Assembly: GCF_018350175.1 (NCBI RefSeq)
Contig: NC_058383.1
Span: 310,001 to 374,000 of the forward strand
Direction: 5' to 3'
DNA from: Felis catus
Taxonomy: Eukaryota
Length of the DNA stretch: 64,000 nt
The notes under the pieces were generated by a model. The model searched no databases. It was not told the DNA's origin and saw only the letters and a program-made list of their open reading frames with translations. A program made the translations under genes and the position numbers. Positions within the stretch are counted from its first letter, which is position 1. Each line of letters starts with the position of its first letter. This document shows, piece after piece, positions 50,101 through 62,888 of the stretch.

Positions 50101-50795
50101 GGACTGAGCAGGGGCCAGGGATATGCTCAGTGATCTGGATAGTAGGGCCGGTGCAGAAAGATGGTGGGGGCGGGGGAGAAGCCCCGGAAAGTTCCAAGCC
50201 CATGAGGACACGGCCGCATGTGTGTTTCCAAAGCTCTTCCTCGTCTGAGCAGTGTTTGTAACAAACCTCTGGTGAGTGGGAAGGAGCAGCAGCTTCCCGT
50301 GGGTGCCCCAGTTGGAAAGAGGCAATTTCCTGCTCTTCGTGGTTGGCCGAGATTTTTTAACACCACTAAGTGTTGAATTTACGAAGTGGATTTTCAGCAC
50401 CTACAGGGGATCAGAGGGTTTTCTCCTTCATCTGCAAGTGAGCAGAGCAATCGCTGTTGGGAGGTGGTACGGCCTTATCTGGGGGACGTCAGAGTACAGG
50501 AGTCCCCGAAAAGACCAGTGACTCTCCATCCATTCCTGCCACTTTGGGGCAATTTCCGTAACATCTGTTCCTGGAAGGTCTGATGAAGGTCAGGCAAAAC
50601 GGACCTGCCTTCTTTGTTTAGGGATTAATATTTGACCGCTTTCAACTTCTCCTATGATGATGGGTCTCGAGCCATCGTTCAGGGCTTCGTTTGAACTTTG
50701 CTTTAAAATGCCTATCTTGTTTGTGCCATCAGGCTGGTATCGCGTGACACCGTCTCTTTGGGGACTTTCAAGCCCGCCCCACTCCCAGCCCTGAG

Positions 50796-51579
50796 CCTCG
50801 CTCCAGGACTCTCCCCTGCACCCCCTTCTTCTGGCCCTCCTCGCTCCAGGACTCTCCCCTGCACCTCTTTCTGGCCCTCCTCGCTCCAGGACTCTCCCCT
50901 GCACCCCCTTCTGTCCCTCCTCGCTCCACGACCCTCCCCTGCACTCCCTTCTTCTGTCCCTCCTCGCTCCAGGACTCTCCCCTGCACTCCCTTCTTCTGT
51001 CCCTCCTCGCTCCAGGACTCTCCCCTGCACCCCCTTCTGTCCCTCCTCGCTCCACGACCCTCCCCTGCACTCCCTTCTTCTGTCCCTCCTCGCTCCAGGA
51101 CTCTCCCCTGCACTCCCTTCTTCTGTCTCTCCTCACTCCAGGACTCTCCCCTGCACCTCTTTCTGTCCCTCCTCGCTCCAGGACTCTCCCCTGCACCCCC
51201 TTCTTCTGTCTCTCCTCACTCCAGGACTCTCCCCTGCACCTCTTTCTGTCCCTCCTTGCTCCAGGACTCTCCCCTGCACCTCTTTCTGTCCCTCCTCGCT
51301 CCAGGGCTCTCCCCTGCACCCCCTTCTTCTGTCTCTCCTCGCTCCAGGACTCTCCCCTGCACCCCTTTCTGTCCCTCCTTGCTCCAGGACTCTCCCCTGC
51401 ACCTCTTTCTGTCCCTCCTTGCTCCAGGACTCTCCCCTGCACCTCTTTCTGTCCCTCCTCGCTCCAGGGCTCTCCCCTGCACCCCCTTTTTCTGTCTCTC
51501 CTCGCTCCAGGACTCTCCCCTGCACCCCTTTCTGTCCCTCCTCGCTCCAGGGCTCTCCCCTGCACCCCCCTCTGTCCCT
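50796..51579. repeat. 40/43-bp pyrimidine-rich minisatellite, about 19 copies
   Basis: Unit cctcgctccaggactctcccctgcacc(c/t)ctt(ctt)ctgtccct. Confidence 0.96.
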
Positions 51580-51669
51580 TGCTTGGCTGTCACAACTCAT
51601 GGGCTGTCCCACTGGCCTTTTCCATCTCCTTAGCCACCCCCCGCTCCCCTCCCCCTGCACCGCTCGCTC

Positions 51670-52300
51670 CCGGCTGTGTTTGCTTTGGTTTGTCTTCATT
51701 TGGGCATTTGGGCTTTTTCCTACTGCTCTTCTCTGAGCTTCCTGGACCAAAAGTTCAGTTCAGGGACGTTTGGTCCTTACGGGGTTCTGGGAGCGCGGCC
51801 ATGGCCCCAGCCTCCCTCCGCCCACCCCTGTGGTGGCGTCCTGCAGGTTTAACGGGTGCTAGTCCCACTTATGCTCATCTTTAAATAGCATGCAATTTCC
51901 CTTGTGGTTTCCTTCGTGACCCCCAAGTTCTCTATGAGTGTTTTTATTTGTGATATTGACTTCCAGGTAGAGACATTTTTAAAGCATAGACCTTGTTCTT
52001 ATTAAACTGCGTTGTGTTCGGCGAACAGATTACAGGTCACACACGCCTATGTTTTTGTACGAACGTGTGCGTGTGTGCACACTCAGTGAGCACACACAGA
52101 TTACCTATCTGCCTTTGCAATTTCTTGACAGTTTCCCTACGGTCAACAGATGGCCAGTTTTCATGGCTGTTCCATGTATGATAGAACATAAATCATGTAT
52201 TTGAGCAAGCCACAACGGAAAAAATAAACTCATGTTTATTGTTTTATTTCTTCCTTTTTGCTTTCTTGACCTGTTGCTTTAAATTGGAACAAAGAAGCTC
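51670..52300 (-). mobile_element. Old L1M fragment
   Basis: T-rich decayed text resembling antisense L1 ORF2; family not assignable by eye. Confidence 0.35.
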
Positions 52301-54149
52301 TCTTTTCCAAAGACCCCTCAGGCTGTGGCCATGTGGCTGGGGAGCGAATCGGCCAGAGGCCCCCCTTGTCCCCCGAACGCTTCCTGTCCCCCTGCCCCAG
52401 CACAGAGGACACGGGTCTCGACTCACCTTCCCCTGCAGGGGTGTCTCTCCTGCTAACAGTACCTCCCTGTGTAAGTTCCGCAGGCCCAGGCCCATTACCC
52501 CACCACCCCTGCCCGTTGCGTCCAGCTCCACCAGACAAGGGTTAAAACTGCACAGCCCATGACGCCTGGACACAGGTGCCCGGTGAAGACCATGACCTGC
52601 CCGCCTCCAGCTCCCAGAATAGCCTGTGGCCAGGGCTGGCCTGTAGTAAACAGCCCCAGGAGCCTCCCTGGTGGGTCCCGGATGAGTAATCCCTAGGAAA
52701 ACATCGAAGGATCCCAGAGGTATAGGTGCCAGAACCTAGTGGGTGGGTCCCTCTGGACCTCCCTCCTAGGCCCTTCTGGAATATTCCCCAGCTATTTGGC
52801 CAGGAGAGGAGCCCGCAGCTCCCAGGACAGTCTTTCCCCAGCAGCTCTGTCTCCTCACCTCATCACACACCCCCAAAGTCTCTTCTCCACCCTCATCCTT
52901 GTGGAGGGGGGGGCCCACTTTCCAGACGACTTCTGTCCTGGCCCTTCCACACCGCCCCTGTCCTCACCCCACTGTCACCTGCATGCCCTTCCCACACTGC
53001 TACTCTTCCTGGGCCTCACATCCACCACCTGCAGGAGCCCTGTATTAACGGGGGCCCTTCCGCCAGGCCAGCTGGTGGCTTCGCGCACCTGGGGAGGCTC
53101 AGGGCACAAGGCTCACCTCCGGTGTGCTTTGACCAAGAGCGAGGAAAGACCTGTAGCGGGGGAGCTTGGACAGACCTCCTGGCTGCCCCAGGTAGTGTCC
53201 CCAGGGACCCGGCCACGTCTGCATCCTGTGCCCAGGCTACTTGCTCCCTCTCTGCCTGGAAAGCCCCTCCCTCCCCAGTCCACCGCGGACCCTTTTTCCT
53301 GCTGGCCCAGAACTCGCCATCCCCACCACTGCAGCCCGTCACCCTCCCCTCACCCCTGCAGGGTCTTCCTGGCCGATACCCTTGTATATATCCTTGGTGC
53401 CCTGGGGACCATACTCCTGCTCAAGCACCCTCCTCAGAGAACCCAGAGCTCAGCTCAGCACCCAGGCTCTCTCACTGGTGGGAAAGGGAGGCTGGTCCTG
53501 CCTTGCCCTCAAGTCACCACCCCATTTCTCCACTCCTTTCCACACAAAGTTCCTCAAAAGTCACATCTGCCCTTGGTCTCCACCACCCTCGGCTTCCCTC
53601 AGGTCTCCTGCCAGCCTCACCCCGCCCCACCAGGGCCGTCTGGATAAGACCACCAGTGGTCAGCCTCTGGGCCCCACCGGCAGGCCATCGTGGCCTCCTG
53701 GTTCACGGTGCCCTTTCTGTGTTCGCCTGGTTGTTCACACGCCTCCTGGCCTCAGGGGCAGAGGTCCTGGGGCCCAGGCCTCGGCCCCACCGCCCATTGC
53801 CACCCGGTCCTGCGGGCACATCTACCCGTGGCTCTGTACGCTGGCACTCACAGTCCAAAATCAGACTGCTCATGCCCAGCACCCAAACCTGGGGCCCTCA
53901 GTTTCCCCTGCACCATGGCTGACCCCTGATTCTACCTTCAGGGGGTGTCTGAGCCCGAGATGCGGGGAGCCCACCCCACCCAGGTCTGAGTGGCCACCTC
54001 CCACCAATAACCGGTCCCCCTTTGCTGTGCTGGCGCAGCCCCCAGCCGGCCTTTTCCGGTCCTGAGGTCGCATGTCCCTCTTTGTCCCTAAGCCTCTGCT
54101 GGATGCTGGCCTGACATGGCCACCCTGGCCCGCTGTCTCCCCCTCACTC

Positions 54150-54420
54150 AGTTCCAACCTTGAAGAACATGCCAGATGCACTCCTACCCCAGGGCCTTGG
54201 CACTTTCGGTGCCCTGCCCAAACACCACTCCCACAGACTTCCAAGTTGCTAATTACCGCACAGGCACGTTTCTAGTCAAATGTCACTTTTTGGGGGGTCT
54301 TCCTTGGCCACTCTGTATCAATAGCCCTCACCTCACCTAGAATGTCCAATCCCCTCTCTGCTGCAACAACTTTATTTTTCTATGTCATTCTTGTTACCAC
54401 CAGACATATTCTACATTGGC
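54150..54420 (+). mobile_element. L2 3' fragment
   Basis: gaacatgccag...ctcctaccccagggccttggcac...tcaaatgtcact...ctttatttttc...ttaccaccagacatatt. Confidence 0.55.
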
Positions 54421-54608
54421 TCATGGGAGCTCCAGCCTTTAGGAGAAAAAAAGTCCCCCAAATCTTTCCCTGGTCTCTGACAAGGCCTCATGTGCGGCTC
54501 CTGGGGCCCTTCCCGGAGCAGCCCAGCCTGGCCCACCTGGCACCTGCTCAGGGACAATAAGACAGAAGCCTAAGGGAGCTTCCGGCCCCAGGTGCATGTG
54601 TGTCTCTG

Positions 54609-54613
<5 letters not shown>

Positions 54614-54662
<49 letters not shown>
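54614..54662. repeat. (TG)n microsatellite
   Basis: Direct observation. Confidence 0.95.
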
Positions 54663-54663
<1 letters not shown>

Positions 54664-56119
54664 CTGGATGTGCCTCTGCGGGTGTGAATGTGTGTGTTTG
54701 CTTTTTGTGATTTCCATGGATGAATCAACTGGACCGCATGCAATTACTCCCCAGAGCAAAGTACAAGGAACCAGGCAGAAACATCTGGCCAAGCGTTTTC
54801 ATGCTATGTCCCCTGTGGTGTGGGCTCTGTTTTCAAAGGCCATTTCACGTGTGCACCTTAGCCTGCTGACACCTAACCCAACTTGGATGGTGGCTTGTGG
54901 TCTGCTCTGGGCACCCGCTCAGCACCAGCACAGAGCTGTGAGTGAGGCATCATGGGAGGCTCCCACTTAGTGGAGCATGTGCATTTGGGGGGAGACGAGC
55001 CATAAACCGGAACAGAAGAGTTTCCTTCAGATAGTGACAGCTGTTGTTAGGGAAACAGAGTGGTGGGACATTGAGGGAATGGGGGTGGGGATACTCCGAA
55101 ACCATGTGGACAGTGAGACAATACTTCCTCAAGGTGATAGCTGAGATGAACCAAGAACTCCACAAGGGAGCCATCGAGTGGTAAACGGGAGTCCAAATAA
55201 CACCTCAGCTCCCAAGAGAGGTCAGCGGGGGTGGGACGTGAGGCCCCCTACATGATGTCTATGGTTCCTGGGGGCAAGCCACCCCACGGCCACCCTGAGG
55301 ACACTGGCCGGGGGAGGGCAGGGGGGACAGAGGCTGCAGAACCCCACAGTCTAGGGAGACATTGTGGGGCTCAAGGTCCTGCTCCCCGGGGCGGGGGCTG
55401 CTCACCAATCTCCGTTCAGACATCATCTCCTAGGCCACCTCCTAGGCCTCTCTCTAGGTAACCTCGCCCAAAGTTCCCTTTGCTGCACACAAATGGTGCA
55501 GTTGGTGTAGAATGGAGGGGGAGCTCCAGCTCCAGGTCGGGCCCACCTTCACACCTAGTCCCCTCTAACCTCCAGCTCCAGAAGGGCTGAGCAGCCTTTC
55601 ACTTCCTTCAGATGGCCTCCGAAACCCTTACTGCACTGATCAGTTGGGCTGAGACTCCTCTCCCTCCTCAAGTATCTAGTGGGCGCCTACTACATGCTCG
55701 GTCGGCACTGGGCCAGACACAGAGATTCAACGACGAGTCTCTTCCTGAATGCACGGAAGAGAACACTGAAGTCCAGAGAGGGCAGTGAGATGTCCAGGCA
55801 GCACAGCAAGTGGAGGGGAAGGCAAGGGCTCCCTCCTAAGCGCCCCACCACAGACTGCTTCCCTTCTCTGTGCTGCCGGAGAGGCTGAGAATGTGCGGTG
55901 CCTTGAGCGCTCGCCTGTTTGCTTGATGGTGGATGTGTTTGGACCGCCTTCCCCAGCCAGGTCATTACCCTTCTCACCAGGACTTTGGCCTGACATTCAC
56001 ATTAATATTCCCTACTGGGGGCTGGGGGCCCAGAGGCTGTGTGGGCCCAGAAGAGGTCATGTAGAAGGGCCACGTCTGGGTATGGGTGGCTGATTTTATG
56101 CATCTTGCGAAGCAAATGA

Positions 56120-56120
<1 letters not shown>

Positions 56121-56155
<35 letters not shown>
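56121..56155. repeat. (CA)n microsatellite at the FAM20C promoter edge
   Basis: Direct observation. Confidence 0.95.
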
Positions 56156-56157
<2 letters not shown>

Positions 56158-56219
56158 GGCGATTGAGGGAGTTGTGGCCTCCGCAAACACCAGGTACCTC
56201 CCAGTGCCAAGCAAATCTT

Positions 56220-58100
56220 AGGCGGGGAGCGCCCCGGCGCCACCAGAGTTAAGGCGCAGGCGTGTCCCCTTGGGGTGGGATGGGGCCCAGCCGAGTGCAG
56301 GAGCCTCCCTCCTGCTCTGGCACCCCCCAACCCCCGCCCCAGATTGGCTATTGGGGCCAAATACCGAGCTCCCCTCCTCTCCTCTCGTCCGAGGCGGGGG
56401 CGGGGAGGGGGGCACAAGGTCGCCGCCGGCAGGGAGCTCATCCGGCGGCGCAGACGCCCAGCGGCTCCGGGGAGGGACTTGGCCGGGGCTGCGGCCCTCC
56501 GCTCATCTGGGGAGGAGCCGGGAGGCTGCAGCTGGCGGCGGCCGGCCCTGGGCGGACGGAGGTCCCGGGGAGCCACAGCCTGGCCTGAGGGTCCCTCCCC
56601 CCCCCCCCCCCGGCGACAGCGCACCCCCCGGGCCCCCCGGGCCTCTCTCGGCAACCGCGGGAAGAAGGCGCCCTCTCCTTAGCGGGCCCGGAGCTGCAGC
56701 GGCAGCGCGGGGCGCGGCCGAGGGGAGGAGAAAGGAAAAAGGGAGCGGAGTCGGCTCGGCCTGGCGGTGACTCGTGGGGCCGCGTCTCCGCCAATCTGCG
56801 GGCGCTGACGCGGGGGGCGGCTCCGGGCTCTCGGATATCTGCCGGCCCGGGCGCGGGGCGCCGAGAGGCTCGGCCGCGCGGGCGCTGCACCTGCCCGGGG
56901 ACCTCCCCGGCCGCTACGTGCGCCCCCCAACCCGGTGCCCGGCCCCTCCCAGTCCCCCCCCCCGACCCCGCTCGGCCTCAGGTCCCCGCCTCCGGGGCCC
57001 TGCCCTCAGGAGCCGCCCCTTCTCCGGCTGGCCCGCCCGGCGCCTAGCGCGGCCCACGGACCCGCTGAGGGGTTGGGGGGAGGCGGTGGCGCGCCGCACC
57101 CCCCGGCAGCCGCACCCTGGCCTACATGGGCCGTGGCGTCGCGCTCCTGCGCGCCGGATGAGCGCAGAGACCCCACGCCGGCCGCTGCGTGCCCGGGGCC
57201 TCACCCGGCTGCGCCCCCAGCTCCGCGGACGAGGGCCGCCGGGCGCGGCCGCTCCAGAGAGGCGACAGGGGACGGCCCCGAGATGGCCAGGCCAGCGGGC
57301 GCTCTGGCGGCGGGCGCCCTCCACGTGGTGCGGGCCCGGGGGCAGCCCCCGAGCTGGTAGCCGCCCGACGCCCGGTGGACGCTGAGCCGCGCCGCGGCAC
57401 TTGGGTCGGGCCAGGCCAGGACCAGCCGGGGCCCGGGCGGGGCGCGCTCCCGGAGGGCGCCCGGAGCCCCAGGCCGCGCGGCCATGAAGATGATCCTGGT
57501 TCGCAGGTTCCGCGTGCTGATCCTCATGGTGTTCCTGGTGGCCTGCGCTCTGCACATCGTGTTGGACTTGCTGCCCAAGCTGGAGCAGCGCGCCGTGCGG
57601 CCGCCGGGGGAGCCCGGCTGCTCGTGCGCGCAACCCGCGGCCGAGGCGGCGGCGCCCGGCTGGGCGAAGGCGCGGGGCCGCCCCGGGGAGCCCCCGGCCG
57701 CCGCCTCGGCGGCCGGCGACGCGGGCTGGCCCAACAAACACACGCTGCGCATCCTGCAGGACTTCAGCTCCGACCCCTCCTCCAACCTCACGTCCCACTC
57801 GCTGGAGAAGCTGCCGGCTGCCGCCGAGCCGGCCGAAGGAGCCTCGCAGGGGCAGGAGGCCGGCGGCCCCCGCGCCCGAGACCCCGCGCACCGACCGCTG
57901 CTCCGAGACCCCGGACCCCGCCGGTCGGTGCCGCCCCCTGGCCCGAGCGGGGACGGCTCCCTCCTGGCTAGGCTGTTTGAACACTCACTCTACCGGATGG
58001 CTGTTCCACCGCTGACGGAGGACGACGTGCTCTTCAATGTGAACAGCGACATCAGGTTCAATCCCAAGGCGGCAGCTGAGAACCCTGACTGGTGAGTGAG
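56220..58100 (+). promoter_or_regulatory. FAM20C: FAM20C CpG-island promoter / 5' UTR
   Basis: Very GC- and CpG-rich. Inverted CCAAT boxes (attgg at 56343 and 56350), GC box ggggcgggg near 56397, gccaatc at 56790, no TATA box. The exact TSS cannot be determined from sequence. Confidence 0.85.
57484..58091 (+). CDS. FAM20C: FAM20C (extracellular/Golgi serine-threonine kinase) coding exon 1
   Basis: gccATGaag start. Translation [30 protein letters not shown]...[30 protein letters not shown]...[22 protein letters not shown] matches the recalled FAM20C N-terminus (signal/anchor plus propeptide). Ends at donor TG|gtgagt (phase 2, 608 nt). Confidence 0.97.
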
Positions 58101-59955
58101 GCTTCACGGAGGGGGCAGGGGCAGGGGTGGGGGGGAGGTGCGGGCAGGCCCCGACCCCTCCACCGGGCCTTCAGCCTGTGCTCCCTTCCCAGGAAAGGGC
58201 CTTGCACATCCCAGGCATTGTGTAAAGAGGCCAGAGGCTCAGGAACCCTGGGAGGGTATGGACCCTCAGGGCCAAGCAACGCCCCACCCAGGGGAGCTTT
58301 GTGGGGTGGGGCAGCATGCTGTCTCTTGCTCAGGGCACTGCCTTTGTCTCCAGAATGACTACCTCCTTGAGAAGGGCTGCTGGGTGGTTTGGGGACTGTT
58401 CCCTGTGGAGCCAAGGGAGGGTCAGTGCTGCCTTCATAGGAGAGCCACGCTGGCCTACAAGCTCCTGGTCTCTGGCTCCAGAAGCCCAGTGGGGCAATGC
58501 AGGCACGGGCTGGCAAGGGCATGAATGAGAGGAGCCACTGCCCTAACCTTTCCCGGGGGAGCTGCCGGCTGCCAGGCCTTCCAGACACTCGGCGATGTTT
58601 CTCTAGCGGACACATCAGGAAGGTCTGCAGAAGCCTAATGAGCCCTGTAAGCCAGGGGCGAGAACAAAATTAGCAGAGGGGCGTGCTGGCCCCAATGAGG
58701 CAGAACAAAAGGGCTCTCCCAGCCAGGGTGCAGACAGCAGGCTCCCTTGGAATGGTGCCAGCTGTGTTGGGTGACAGCTTCATAAAAGGTGAGAAGCATA
58801 TCCCAGGAGCACTTCTTTAAACTGTCCTGGTGTAAGCCCTTCCCCCCCCCCCCCCCCCCCAGGCCCTCCTTAGCCACACGGAGCAGAACAGGCAGATGCG
58901 GAACCCAGAGAAGTGAAATATTAACTAGCAGCCAGGCCGGAGTAAATAGCTACCTGCAAGAGGTTACCCAAGCAACGCAGGGAAAGGCCAGGTTTCCAAA
59001 ACATCTCATAAAAATCCTTTCTACCCTGAAACTTGACCAGGCCCAGGCTTTTCTGTCTAAATACACCAAGGTGTTCGGTGGCCTTTGAGCTTTGACTGCT
59101 GGCCAGGTTCAAGGAAATGCTCAGAAACTTGAGAGTCAGAGCAGTGGCCCAGACCTGGAGCTCTTCACAGGAGAGACACAGCCCAGGGCCGATGGTCAGT
59201 GATGCGGCCCCTGCGGGACAGGACTTGGGGCCGGAAGGGCCCTATTTGCAGGCGAGTTGGAGCTAGGAGAAGAAGCTCCATTTCCCTCCGGCCCAGCAGG
59301 AGTCTCTGTGCTCCCCCAGACTGGCCCCCGGGCTCCGGAGATGTCGGAGATGTCGGAGGATGCGCCACTTTGGGCCTCAGCGGGAGTGAGTGCCTCCTTC
59401 TTTCCTCCCTCCCCACCCAAGACTGCTCTCGTTAAAATCAAGTTTAGCTTCTTGCATCATCTCTGCCCCTGGTTGTTGGAACCGAAAGAGAGTGCCCAGG
59501 GAAGGTTTCTGACGGGCGGGGTGTGTCTGCGTGTGCGCATAGCGCGCGGTCAGAGACGGCTCGCTGGTCTGCCCCCAGGAAGAGCTGGTGGCCTCTCACC
59601 CCCCAAGCTGACATCAGGCTTGTTGGGCTGTTTGGGTGACCCCAGGACAGACGAGGCAGGGCCTCGCGCTGATGTTCTGGACTTGGTCCTCATGTAGTTA
59701 CAGCTGTCTGGGTGTCTCCCCAGCGCAAGTAGGAATTACGGCCTTTCGCTATGTCATTAGTTACTAGAACGGCAGCCGCAGAAAAAGTGCCGACGTCCGC
59801 AGGGTCCTGTCTGAGCAGAGGCCCCTTTGAGTACGTCTGCATCGGTTTGGACCCAAAGTGAAAACCTTGGCGTGGGCACCAGCTCCTCCTTATCCATCCG
59901 GGCCTCAGCACTCCGTTCCTTCCCTGCTGACTCCGGTCACCTTAATTTTCTGCAG

Positions 59956-60134
59956 GCCGCGCGAAGGCACGGAGAACGAAGAGTTCTTGCCCACCGGGGA
60001 GGCGGCAGTGGACTCCTACCCCAACTGGCTGAAGTTCCACATCGGCATTAACCGGTACGAGCTCTACTCCAGACATAACCCCGCCATCGAAGCCCTGCTG
60101 CATGACCTCAGCGCTCAGAAGATCACCAGTGTTG
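59956..60134 (+). CDS. FAM20C: FAM20C coding exon 2 (gene continues beyond window)
   Basis: Acceptor ttaattttctgcag|G completes the split Trp codon. Reads [59 protein letters not shown]. 179 nt, donor G|gtaggt, phase compatible with exon 1. Confidence 0.96.
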
Positions 60135-61914
60135 GTAGGTGCAGGTCTGGGGCTGCAGACAGGCACCTGCAGAAGGCAGGGGCTGCCTTCCTCCGCAGGA
60201 GACAGGTGGGGGGTGGGGAGCTATCGCTCCTCGGCTCCTTGCCGGAGCATCACCTCCCGGGATGATTTATGCGGCACCTTCTGGGAGGGGAGCGATGCTT
60301 TCGATGCCGTCAGCGGGCCAGGGGCTGCTGCCCACTGTGACAAGGCTGGCGAGGGAGAGAGAGGGGCCTCAGAGCCTTGCGGTTGCGTTCCGCTGACCCC
60401 CTTGAGGAGGTCCCCCGGAGGAGCACCTCCCAGACCGCAGGTCTCCCCTCCAGGGGTAAAGAGGGGACACACACCCCTGGTGGCTGCGGCCCCTCCCTCA
60501 GCACAGCAGGGGGACACACGCAGAACTCACAGGCGTGTGGTTCGGGAGCAGCTCTGCATCAGAGCTCTGCCAGCTGCTCCTGTCATCTCCTGTGCGCGAG
60601 GAGTGACCAGGGCTCGACTGTCGGGGGTGGAGGCCCGAGCACTTAGTAATTCAGAGGCAACATCTCTGAGTACTTTGGGAGCTGCTGACTCGGACAAAAA
60701 GGGGCATCCAGTTACCGATTTCAGGCAAATGTGTCAGGGGCAGTTTCTGAGCACGGAGGTTTGGTGCCATTGTTCTCAGGCCTGTAAGCAATCGTTTGTG
60801 AAGGTCCCCACTAGTCACCGGTGGTGGTGGCTCAGCGGCGAGAGGGATGCGCTGAGGCCCTGGGGTGGAAAGAATAGTTTTGGGGGTCCTGCCAGGAGCT
60901 GGCCTCGGTACACACAGCCGGGAAGGGGTGGAGGTAGGCCAGTCGGGGGGTGACATGTGTAGGTCCCCACCCTGTGCTGTGGAACAGACAGACGGTTCTC
61001 TGACACAGTCTTCCTGGCGTTTTCCGGAGGAGCCACGGTGCTGAAAGGGCCCCAGTGCCCTGGGGCTCTGTCCAGTTGCTGACCAGGGGAGTGAGGCTGG
61101 CAAGTGGGTTTTGCGGGGGGCCTTTAGGGGCTGTTTCCGGCCCTCTCTGGCCGGTGCCGAGCTGTCTGCTGGGCACCTGCCACCTGCCAGGACTGCTCAC
61201 CCGCGTGAAGGAGAGCTGGCAAGAACAAGCTGGCGTTTTCCTCTCTTAGCTGGCTATGCAGGAGGGGTCTGAGCACCTCCCCAGACCCCAGCCCTGTGCC
61301 AGCTCTCCCCGTAGAAAGCCCAGCCTCCCTCCTGCCTGTTGCAGGTGTCAGGGGCTTTAGGCGGTGCTGGGAAGCAGGCCGTGTGCATGACAGGAACTGT
61401 CCCCAGACAGCCACAGCCGGGTGCCCCCTTCACTCTTGAGAGTAGACGAGGCCATTAAAGACATATCCCGGGCATCGACCAACTCACTCCTCACCCATTG
61501 AGCAGAGTTTCTCGGGCACCTGCTGACCTCCAGGCCCCGTTCTGCCTAGCGGTTTGAGGGTGAATGAACCTCGACAAGGTTCCGCCGTGGATGACCCAAG
61601 AGGCCCAGGGAGGCCAGGAAACGGACACACTGAGGAAGACAAATGCTTTGAACGCTGTTTGCACAAAACCTAGGAGGAGGGTTTAGAAAGGAGATGACCT
61701 TCATCTGGAAGGAGGGGTACGGAGGACCTTCTGTGAGAAAAGACATCTGATCTGGGGCTTAGATGAAGTGTTTGCAGTTGTCATAGAAGGGGGCAGGGAA
61801 GGCTGGGCTTTCCAGGGAAAGAATAACATTTTAAAATTTTAAATTAAAAAATTTAAAATTTAAAATTAGAAATGGTTTTAGACAATACAGTATTAAAAGA
61901 GCCTGCTCTGCTGC

Positions 61915-62020
61915 TGTCCGTGGTGCCCCTCTCTGCCTCAGTTTTCCCATCTGTCCAATGGGCTTGTGCCCGCTCAGGTACACTGCATTTGTTCTAATAA
62001 GATGACGCGTGTGAGTCTGG
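61915..62020 (+). mobile_element. MIR fragment in FAM20C intron 2
   Basis: cctctctgcctcagttttcccatctgtccaatggg. Confidence 0.65.
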
Positions 62021-62562
62021 AGGGTCACCACTCTCAAGTGCGGGGTCTGGGGTGCAGGAAGGGCTGCTGGGATTCCAGAGGCTGGCCAGGCTCACCATGT
62101 CCTTCAGGGAACAGGCGGCCTCCAGCTCTCCTCGGACACCCGCGCGATGCAGAGGACAGGGCCCGGCAGCTCAGGGAGAACACAGGCACCCTGCTCTCTC
62201 TGCCCCCCCAGGGGTCTGGACTTGAGGCACCTTCCACCCACTTTTGGCCTGCCCCTGGGCAGGGGTGCCTAAGTTTCCTGACCACGGTGGACTGAGCCAG
62301 GGGCTGGGGATCTCATCCCAGGGTCCTGCTTGGCCCAGGCCTGGTGGTGTGAAGGGGGAGTGAGCTCCTGATGGGCTGTCTGTGCTGATCCCACTCACTC
62401 CTAGACTGCTCTGACCTCGCTGGTCTTTCCCAGTCACTGTGCAGGACCCAGTCGGTGCTGGGAGTCTGACTGATGCCCCTGGTGCCTGGTGTGAGTCTGG
62501 GTTGGCAGATTAATCTCAGGTACTTTGGGTTCTGACGCGGAACATAAAAGATGGTTATGACC

Positions 62563-62888
62563 TAGACCCTATAATCTCCACTTGCAAATCTGAAATCCAA
62601 GTGTAACTCGTTCAACAGCAAAACCTGACCCAACCTGAACTTATATGGAGGCAAAACCTTAATTCACAAGGCTATTTATGAACGCTTTTTTCTCTCCCTT
62701 GGAGTAAATATTCACATGTTCCTCTGAGGCAGTAAGAGTATGTTTAATTACGGGGTTCTGCCCAGACCTATCGGGGCCGCTACCTAATGTGTGGGAGGGA
62801 CACGTTATTTGCGCCTTCTGTCAGCTGAGATGTTTGAAACCCCGGAGCGCTTCTGTCCTCCGAGACTTTGATGAGCGGCGTGGCCCTA
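62563..62888 (+). mobile_element. MER96B-like hAT DNA transposon in FAM20C intron 2
   Basis: aaaacctgacc...ggctatttat...aatattcacatgtt...tgtttaattacggggttctgcccagacc matches the recalled MER96B consensus. Confidence 0.7.

Noticed and set aside
50590..51750. Long repetitive ORFs on both strands
   Set aside because: Artefact of the stop-free 40/43-bp minisatellite.
52726..54065. Three overlapping long ORFs (398, 302 and 274 aa)
   Set aside because: C-rich sequence containing L2-like fragments, open in all three frames, with P/S/L-rich translations and no homology that I recognise.
56914..57984. 356-aa antisense ORF and 260-aa alternative-frame ORF over FAM20C exon 1
   Set aside because: Stop codons are scarce in very GC-rich sequence; the products are low-complexity R/G/A/P-rich with no recognisable domain.
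59858..60265. 135-aa ORF as a separate gene
   Set aside because: It is FAM20C exon 2 read through its flanking introns.
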